Below, piece by piece: positions 45,483 to 54,103 of a stretch of 54,103 nt of DNA. A program made the position numbers and the translations under genes. Source of the DNA: Octopus bimaculoides (lineage: Eukaryota); the NCBI RefSeq assembly GCF_001194135.2, contig NC_068992.1, positions 38,036,786 through 38,090,888 on the forward strand, given 5' to 3'. The notes under the pieces were generated by a model that ran no database searches, was not told the origin of the DNA, and saw only the letters and a program-made list of their open reading frames with translations. The first letter of the stretch is position 1, and the number at the start of each line of letters is the position of its first letter.

Positions 45483-48152
45483 ATCATCATCATCATCATT
45501 TAACGTCCGTTTTCCATGCTGGCATGGGTTGGACAGTTCGACCGGGGTTTGGGAAGCCAGGAGGCTACACCAGGCTCCAGTCTGATCTGGCAGTATTTCT
45601 ACAGCTGGATGCCCTTCCTAATGCCAACCACTCCGTGAGTGTAGTGGGTGCTTTTTATGTGCCACCGGCACAGGGNNNNNNNNNNNNNNNNNNNNNNNNN
45701 NNNNNNNNNNNNNNNNNNNNNNNNNNNNNNNNNNNNNNNNNNNNNNNNNNNNNNNNNNNNNNNNNNNNNNNNNNNNNNNNNNNNNNNNNNNNNNNNNNNN
45801 NNNNNNNNNNNNNNNNNNNNNNNNNNNNNNNNNNNNNNNNNNNNNNNNNNNNNNNNNNNNNNNNNNNNNNNNNNNNNNNNNNNNNNNNNNNNNNNNNNNN
45901 NNCTAGCATCAGCCACGTTTGGATGGTGCTTTTTACATGCCACCGGCATCGGTATCACAACTACAATTTCCATTTGACTTTTATTTTGATGTTGATGTAC
46001 TTGACTCAAGGTCTCCTCAAGCACAGCAGGTTGCCCTACGATCCAAAGTACTTGAATGGGCTGGGGCTGGTTATGTGAAGCTGGTGAAGGATACGCCATG
46101 AACTCACTTTATTTGTCAGGTCTTCGCAGTCACAGTATATCTCCAGAGGTCTCGGTCTTTCGTCATTGCCTCTGTGAGGCCCAATGTTCGAAGGTCATGC
46201 TTGACCACCTCATCCCATGTCTTCCTGGGTCTACCTCTACCCCGGATTCCTTCAATTGTTTAGGAATGGCACTTCTTCACACAACTCTCCTCATCCATCC
46301 GTAGTACATGACCATACCAGCGCAAACGTCTCTCTTGCATGTCACATCCAATGTCCAACATTTCTCTCAGGATGCTTACACTCAGTCATGTGTGCACACT
46401 AACATTACACATCCAGCGGATCATGCTAGCTTCATTTCTTTTGAGCCTACGCATGTCCTCTGCAGTCAAGGCCCATGTTTCACTGCCGTGAAGCATGGCA
46501 GTTCGTACACGCATCGTACAATCTACCTTTCCGTCTGAGCGAGAGACTCTTTGTCACCAGTAGGGTAGAAGCTTTCTAAACTTTGCCCATGGTAACACTC
46601 TCTGAGCATCCACCCCCCACTACTAATTTGGTCACCTAGGTAGCATTAGCTATCTACTACTTCTAGTTTCTTCCCCTGGAGTGTGATGGAATCTGTTTTC
46701 TGAGCATGTGGTGTCTATTGCCCCTGTGCATCTGCTGCACACGGATGCTATCTTCTCAGTTAATCTTCCTTTGATGTTGCTGCACCTCTTATGTGTCCAT
46801 AGCTTACACTGGGTACATCTTATGGAGTTTCTACCTATACCTTTTCTACACATTGAGCAGGGCCACCTACCTGAGGGTGTGTGTGATGAGTTCGCCTTCC
46901 TACTTTCTAGAACTTTGGTTTTTGCTACATTGACTCTAAGGCCTTTTGATTTTAAACCTTGCTTCCACACCCAAAATTTATTTTCTAGTTCCAGTAGTGT
47001 TTCTGCTATGAGGGCCAGGTCATCAGCATAGAGGAGCTCCCAGTGACAACTCGTCTTGAATTCCTCTGTTATTGCCTGGAAGATTATGATGAATAAAAGG
47101 GGACTGAGGGCTGAACCTTGGTCGACCCCCTACTTCCACCCGGAATTCTTCACTATACTCATTGCCAATCCTAACCTTACTAACGGCCTCTCTGTATAGG
47201 GCCTGTACAGCTGTTATTAACCATTCGTCAATCTCCAGTTTCAGCATCACCCACCAGATAAGGGATCGGGGGACCCTGTCAAAGGCTTTCTCCAAGTCCA
47301 CAAAAGCTAAGTATAGGGGTTTATCTTTAGTTAGGTATTTCTCCTGCAGTTGTTGAACCAGGAATATGGCATCAGTGGTGCTTCTACCTGACACAAAACT
47401 GAACTGCATCTCATCTAAGCAGACTCTCTCCCTAATGAGATGGGTTATGACGCTCTCTGTGACCTTCATCACCTGATCCAGCAGTTTGATACCCCTGTAG
47501 TTATTTCTATCTAGAGCATCACCTTTACCCATGTAGCAGTTGACTATGGTGCTGCTACGCCAGTTATTGGGTATGACTCCATCATGAGCTACCTGGTTTA
47601 CAATGCGGGTGACTAGGCCATAGCCCACACCACAAGATGTTTTAAGCATCTCAGCAGTGATTCCTGATGGGCCGGGGACTTTTCCTGGCTTCATACTCTT
47701 AATTGCTTTATCTATCAGGGAGCTGTCCCTCTACTGGGTCAACATTCGGCAGGCTCTCCTCCAATTCATTCTCCATGTTCAGCAGTCTTTCATAATGGCT
47801 TCTCCAAACCTCTTTCTTTTCAGAATCATTAAAAGCAAGTGCACCATCATCCATGTGGACACATTTCTCTCCTGTGACATCACAATTTACTCTCACACAC
47901 TGTCTTGCAATCCGAAATACTTCAGTTCTTTGGTCCTCACGTCACTGGACATTGGCAAACTTCTTTTCTGCTTCGCCCTTGGCTATATATACCTACAGCC
48001 CAGCCTCCTTTTTGGCTACCTGGTACAGTTCCCTGCTAGCTCCACCCTTCCAGGCTTTCCAGGCCTGTTTCTTTGCTCTAATGGCTTTGTCTACCGTACT
48101 ATTCCACCACCACGTAACTCTAGGTCTGGAAGGGACTTTGCACCATCCGCCT
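45483..48152 (-). mobile_element. 5'-truncated RTE-clade LINE, ORF2 decayed
   Basis: Linker TWWWNSTVDKAI (two stops); RT motifs YRGIKLL, QFSFVSGRSTTDAIF, FVDLEKAFDRVP, YADD (47030-47019), GLRVNVAKTK; PHD finger; C-terminal RRLRWYGHV and GRGRPRKTW; 3' UTR ending in GGACGTTAAATGATGATGATG. No endonuclease domain retained; N gap at 45675-45902. Confidence 0.92.
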
Positions 48153-48629
48153 ACTTTGTGTATTTGTACTTTAGACGGTTCATCATTAATGAAGCATTAT
48201 GTATTTTACGTACAGTCAATAAGAAGAACTGAAATTAATTTCTATACAACAAAGCCTAGCTGTGGGTGAAGTAAGAATAATGTAAACTGATTTTTATATA
48301 CTTTTGATGTACTCCAAAAAAAGACCGCGAGTCTCTTGATGGAATTTTTCACGATTTGTTGATCAATCTTTGAAGAAAATGTATCGAGTTTTTTCCCCAA
48401 TAACCTACAATCTTCAAATACTATATAAAACAGTTAGTAATTAGTTTCTTAACACACTGTTTTATGATTTGTAGACTCCCTCCACCCACATTTAGAATAT
48501 TTCTATTTTATTCAGTAGGTCGTCCATCTGCAGTTTGTAAAAAGATGAAGTGTGTCACTGTTGTTGTCTCTGTAATTAGTTGCGATTTATTTTGGAGAAA
48601 TACCAAACAAAACTCACACACAACCCATG

Positions 48630-48950
48630 ACCATTATCATTTAACATCCATTTTTCATGCTGGCATGGGTTGGGCAGTTTGACTGAAAACTGGTAAGCGG
48701 CACTAAGTTCCAATCTGATTTTGCATGGTTTTTACAGCTGGATGCCTTTTCTAATGCCAGCTGCTCCAAGTGTGTAGTGGGTGCTTTTTATATGTTACCA
48801 GCATGGGTGCCAGTTATGAAACATTGGCATAGACCATGACTACGATTTCACTTAGCTTAACCAGTCTTCTCAAGCACAGTATATAGTCAAAGGTCTTGGC
48901 CACTTGTCACTGCTTCCGTGAGATCCATCATTTGAAGATCATTCTTTGAT
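48630..48950 (-). mobile_element. Short 5'-truncated RTE copy
   Basis: catttaacatccatttttcatgctggcatgggttgg...cagctggatgcc...gtcttctcaagcacag is colinear with 45490-46200. Smaller 3'-tail pieces also lie near 14455-14580, 43825-43930, 44880-44960 and 50893-50955. Confidence 0.75.
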
Positions 48951-49212
48951 CAATGTTGGAAGATCATGACAGATGTTATAAATGGTTCATACACACAAGT
49001 TCCTGTTACTGTTGGCCAATTGTGGTACTTCTGAGTGCCTGATGCTCTAACAATTCTACCACATCACCACCATGTTGTTTTTGATGACGACAACAATCCC
49101 TTAGAATAAGCTTCAAGGCAACAACCACTTCTGATATATCTAAACTGATAGGTTTATTGTTTTATGTAAGGGTTTAACCCATTCAGTCCACTCAGCTGGC
49201 AAAAATGAGTAA

Positions 49213-49390
49213 TACCTGTAATTCAATGGTCTAACCTGGTCAAACTCTGTCATGCTGAATCTCCCTGAGAACTACATTAAAGGTAGACATATCTATGGAG
49301 TGCTCAGCCACTTGTATGTTAATTTCACGAGCAGGCTGTTCCATTGATCGGATCAACCGAAACCCTTGTTGTCGCAATGGACAGAGTACT
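49213..49390 (-). repeat. Unclassified SINE-like interspersed repeat
   Basis: Reverse complement gttgatccgatcaatggaacagcctgctcgtgaaattaac...gtggctgagcactcc resembles an abundant octopod repeat recalled from memory; single copy here. Confidence 0.35.
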
Positions 49391-49659
49391 GGTTAGAACC
49401 CACTCAGCAAAACAGTCAGTATACTGTTGTTGTTGTTAATAATGAACAGATCTGTTTGGCTGAGATTGTCTGCAGTTAACAATTAAAACCAAAAGTTATT
49501 TTTTTTAGTTTTCATAGAAATTAAAAGTGTAATTAAAAAAAGGGGGAAAAAAACCCTGGTACTAAACTTACATGCAGCCGTTTAAGAGTCTCAGTCCAAG
49601 ATTTATAGGCACCAAGACCAGCATTAAAACCTGCAAAAGAAGAAATAAACAAATTTAAA

Positions 49660-49878
49660 CCCTTTCGTTACTGTATTTATTTTGAGATGTTCTGTATTTC
49701 TTTCAATTACTTTATACATAACAAAGAATTTAGTAAAATAACTTAGTTATCATTAAGCTATCATTAAGTATAAATTGTGACTAAGGTTTGGTGGAAGATT
49801 TTAATTCAAAACTTATGAAAACAAGACATTTGTACTACAAAGCCAGAGGCAGTTTCAGCTGGGTTGGTATCAAAAAGG
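49660..49878 (+). mobile_element. piggyBac-like MITE (second family)
   Basis: taaa|CCCTTTCGTTAC...GTATCAAAAAGG|TTAA; shares ~110 bp with 50031-50191. Confidence 0.65.
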
Positions 49879-50030
49879 TTAAACACACTTCTACATTTGG
49901 GCAGATAGACATTAGAAGCAGTTGGAAGGGTGTGGATTGAAGGAAATTTAGGCTATTATTTCTAGCATATAGAATGACCACACTGAGGTCTCCTTCTCTT
50001 ATGTCTTCTGTTGATTATTTTTCTTATCAA

Positions 50031-50191
50031 CCCTTTTGTTACCATATTTCTTAATTATCATTAAGCTAGTGTTAGGAACATAAATTGTGACTAATGTTTG
50101 GTGGAAGATTTTAATTCAAAACTTATGAAAACAAGACATTTCTACTCAGAGCCAGTTTCAGCTGGTTTCAGTTGGGTTGGTAACGAAAGGG
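50031..50191 (+). mobile_element. piggyBac-like MITE (second family)
   Basis: tcaa|CCCTTTTGTTACC...GGTAACGAAAGGG|TTAA. Confidence 0.75.
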
Positions 50192-50214
50192 TTAAAGTTT
50201 CTTTTTACCTTTTG

Positions 50215-50580
50215 TCATTTACTTGTTTCAGTCATTAATCTCAGGCCATGCTGGGGCACCGCCTTGAGGAATTTTAGTTGAACAATTTGGCCCTAGGACT
50301 TTGATTTTTTTTATAAGCCTGGTACTTATTCTATTGGTCTCTTTTGCTGAACTGCTAAGCTACATGGATATAAACAAACTAACATTGGTTGTCAAGCAGT
50401 GGTTGGGGACAAATACACACACACATTCACAATAGGCTTCTTTGTTTCCGTTTACCAAATCTACTCACAAGGTATTGGTTGACCCAAGGCTATAGTAAAA
50501 GACACTTGCCCAAGATGCCACACTGGATCTGAACCCAGAACCACGTCATTGGGAAGCAAACTTCTTACCACACAGCCATA
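50215..50580 (-). mobile_element. SINE family A, near full length
   Basis: tttacttgtttcagtc...ggccatgctggggcaccgcc...gctatagtaaaagacacttgcccaagatgccac...aaacttcttaccacacagcc. Confidence 0.8.
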
Positions 50581-50850
50581 TTTTAATAGTAGAATTGTCA
50601 GAATGACAGATGAAATGCCAATGGTATTTAGTTGTGGATATTTACATTTTGAGTTCAAATTACATCAAGGTTGAATTCTACCTTTCTTCCTTCTGGGGTT
50701 GATGAATAAAGTTTAGTACAGGGGTTGGTTTAATTGACACTTCACCACACAGTGAATTTCCACTTTTACAGATTCTGTGTATATTAAATGATATTTATCT
50801 CTTACAGTTTACAGTACCCTTTTGTCGATCCAACCTATAATGGCACAGTA

Positions 50851-50896
<46 letters not shown>

Positions 50897-51461
50897 CATC
50901 ATCATCATTTAACGTCCGTTTTCCATGCTGGCATGGGTTGGACGGTTTGACTGAGGTTTGGAGAGCAACCAGCTGCACTATTCTAGGGCGGGTCAAATTC
51001 CTGAGAGCCAGGCTGCTCCTTAACAGTGTAGTTAGGAGCTCTAATCCTAGTGCTGTCAAGTACAATCTGTGGTTCTTTTTAATGGCTGATAGTACCTTAC
51101 CGGTGCCACGCAAGTAAGGTAATTATTTAACCCATAAATGGGGCCCTAACAGGTACTACTACTTCGGGCCAGAGCAAACCTGGGAGTGATGACAACTAAG
51201 ACGTAACTCCACATTCCCCACAGCTCTTGGACTCCCGAACTGGAGCCTTGCCACTGGATGCAGTTTGTTTTCATACCCAGGACATACACACACACACCTG
51301 ATGAAGGAGATGTTTCTATGTGGCTTGCTTGTTTGTTGTACCTTGTTTATCATTTTGTCCATGTTCTTTTGCCACGTCATGTACCCAGTTATGTATCTAT
51401 GTGTACATGTAGATGAAGGTATGTACATACATGTACATATACTCATATATTGTTTGTATAC

Positions 51462-51516
<55 letters not shown>

Positions 51517-51532
51517 AGGTGATTAAAATCAA

Positions 51533-51638
51533 AATAAGCAACAAGGATATCCAGAGGTAATGCAGTACGATCGGTTTCATTCGACTCCATTTAATTGAAC
51601 AATGTAAACATTACATCAAATATAAAATGTAGAGCAAT
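51533..51638 (-). mobile_element. Diverged paralog of the HHR-5 element, truncated by an assembly gap
   Basis: ataagcaacaaggat...tgcagtac...gtttcat...gagcaat aligns to 53830-53934; the CUGAAGA core position falls in the N run starting at 51639. Confidence 0.6.
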
Positions 51639-53354
51639 NNNNNNNNNNNNNNNNNNNNNNNNNNNNNNNNNNNNNNNNNNNNNNNNNNNNNNNNNNNNNN
51701 NNNNNNNNNNNNNNNNNNNNNNNNNNNNNNNNNNNNNNNNNNNNNNNNNNNNNNNNNNNNNNNNNNNNNNNNNNNNNNNNNNNNNNNNNNNNNNNNNNNN
51801 NNNNNNNNNNNNNNNNNNNNNNNNNNNNNNNNNNNNNNNNNNNNNNNNNNNNNNNNNNNNNNNNNNNNNNNNNNNNNNNNNNNNNNNNNNNNNNNNNNNN
51901 NNNNNNNNNNNNNNNNNNNNNNNNNNNNNNNNNNNNNNNNNNNNNNNNNNNNNNNNNNNNNNNNNNNNNNNNNNNNNNNNNNNNNNNNNNNNNNNNNNNN
52001 NNNNNNNNNNNNNNNNNNNNNNNNNNNNNNNNNNNNNNNNNNNNNNNNNNNNNNNNNNNNNNNNNNNNNNNNNNATTTTATTTGTTTTTTCGGTTCTGAT
52101 TTATGGACTATCTTATCAGACTTAGAGATTCAAAGCTTAAGAGAACAATGGCATTTTCTTTTTAGTGTAAGGGGTGAACAGTATAGACAATAAACATGGA
52201 TAATATAGTTATAAAATTTCTTAGGGTTTGGTGACAAACTACTATAGGGGCGGGATTTGTCTACTAGCAGACCAGTTTATAATGAAACAGGGGAAGTTTT
52301 ATCATATAGCACTTAGGTCAAACGTTTATAAAAATAAAGTTGCTATATTGTATACAGATACAGTAAATGGTTATTCATAGTTTTCATTAATCAGAATAAT
52401 ATATCAGTATTGTTTTACATATGCTAAGTTTGAAATACTTGAAATACTAATATTTGCTTAATTAATATGTTAATAAATAAAGGCTAATTATAAATTAATA
52501 ATGAAATAAAATGAAATAGTGTATAATAATGTAAATAATCAATTAAGGCAGTATACAAAAACAATGAAGTGGCATTCATTCATTTAAAATGCTATGGTAA
52601 GGTACATTTAGACTTATTTACACCAATATAAAAGACCCACAGATAAAATGTGAAATTAGAATTTATATATATATTGGACTAAAATTTTAAAATTAAACTT
52701 GTATATCTAATATCATTAAAAGGACACATAAAAAACAAAATTATTATACAGTTAATATAAAGAATTGATACATTGGATTTACATGGTGTATAATGATGGA
52801 CTCATCAAGGTTTAAGAAACTGAAAAATTGAACGATTGGAATTAACATAGTATATAATGGTGAACTAAACTATTAGAGGACATGATAATTATGTACTAAT
52901 TTAATTAGATTGCACTATCTTAAATTATCAGGAACCGGTATTAACCAACATAGGCTAAGTACAAAATAATAATGGAACAAGGATTAGATTCATTTAAGTC
53001 ACCCATAAATAACAATAATAATACTACAACAACAATAAAATAACATGAATCATTTAGGGTCAGGTATCAAAAAAAACTTTAAAAGATTTTTAAAAAAAGC
53101 TATTAAAAAATTTTAAACATCCTATTCATTAAAGTTAAGTAAAATACACACTAAACTAACAGCAATAGCAAATGTGATATGGAAAAATTTAGGTAAAATC
53201 ATATACCATCAATGGATAAAGTTAAAATCTTAGTTTTCACAGGAAGATTATACATTAAGGTGAGAGATCAAAAATTTGCTATAAAAGTTAAATTTTGATT
53301 TAAGCAGCATAAATTTATAAGTTTTATATAGGGTGCCAATAATTGTATTTTAAG

Positions 53355-53799
53355 CTAGGGATGAAGTGAAGATACCAGTATTTGTATATTATAGGGATAG
53401 ATTTATAGGGGTACCAAAAAATAGGTATGTCTGGAGGTAATTTTGAGGTATAAAATGGTCATGTAGAGTAGAAAAACACATCATTGGAAAAAAAAAAAAG
53501 ATATAAATTAGTCAAATCACTAAAATCAAGATGAAGTTAATATGTGATTTAGTAGTCACAATAAATAAGAATTATAGAAAATATTTAATATATCCAATAT
53601 CTAAAACTAAAATTATTCAAAATTACTTAATTAGCTTATTGCTATAGTAACTACAATCCAATCTAGACTAAAGAAAAGTTAATGCTATAGCTTGTATTTA
53701 TAAGGATGAAGTGAAGATACCCATGTTTGTATATCATAAGGATAGATTTAAAGGGGTACCAAAAAATAGATATGTCTGGAGGTAATTATGAGGTATAAA
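53355..53799. repeat. ~100-bp direct repeat pair
   Basis: ggatgaagtgaagatacc...ggatagattta.aggggtaccaaaaaatag.tatgtctggaggtaatt.tgaggtataaaa at ~53358-53456 and ~53704-53800. Confidence 0.85.
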
Positions 53800-53856
53800 A
53801 AATATATATATATATATATATATCAAACAATAAGCAACACGGATTTCAAAAGTGAT

Positions 53857-53945
53857 TGCAGTACGCACGTTTCATGCTACTTCAATTTATTTAAGTAATG
53901 TGAGCATTACCTTAAATGCAATTTGAAGAGCAATCTTCAGCTGCA
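53857..53945 (-). ncRNA. Type I hammerhead ribozyme with long branched helix II (HHR-5)
   Basis: UGCAG-CUGAAGA-U-UGCUCUUCAA...UUGAAG(U)AGCA-U-GAA-AC-GUGC-GU-A/CUGCA: helix I 5 bp, helix II 10 bp with one bulge, inner GUAAUG/CAUUAC hairpin; GUA cleavage between 53862 and 53861. Confidence 0.68.
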
Positions 53946-54103
53946 CGAAAAAATGTAGAAAAAAAGACATATTACAAATGTGGCAACATATTAAAACCAA
54001 GTGGGAGAGAGCAGAGGAAGAATATATAAGTCCATCTTGACATAGCAGGGTCTATCAGGCTAGTAATTGATTCTAGACAAAAGTCTTAACTGTCTCAGAA
54101 TTC

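Noticed and set aside
681-52074. Long ORFs spanning N runs (e.g. 592-1461, 7524-8575, 9618-10644, 45467-46099, 51595-52125)
   Set aside because: Length comes from untranslatable gap bases; flanks are microsatellite or repeat sequence.

Overview
AT-rich, microsatellite- and gap-rich animal genomic DNA. The SINE/MITE repertoire resembles an octopod cephalopod (recognised from memory, not by search). The one intact host gene is a plus-strand glyoxylate/hydroxypyruvate reductase-like (GRHPR-family) gene with three coding exons (6769-6973, 35460-35630, 37858-38456) that splice in frame to 324 aa across a 28.5-kb and a 2.2-kb intron. The rest is mobile DNA: a decayed Helitron PIF1 helicase with a short non-autonomous Helitron, a 5'-truncated RTE LINE with a PHD finger, two CRE-like 3' fragments, two tRNA-derived SINE families, and mariner-, piggyBac- and Merlin-like MITEs and foldbacks. 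The most notable signal is five sequence-unrelated minimal type I hammerhead ribozyme folds (28558-28603, 33700-33783, 36024-36066, 40539-40638, 53857-53945). All five are on the minus strand, in short Penelope/retrozyme-like elements. One sits in a TSD-flanked element with a tRNA-derived Pol III head, and both plus-strand inverted copies lack catalytic core nucleotides. All structures and alignments were made by eye; no folding software or database search was run.
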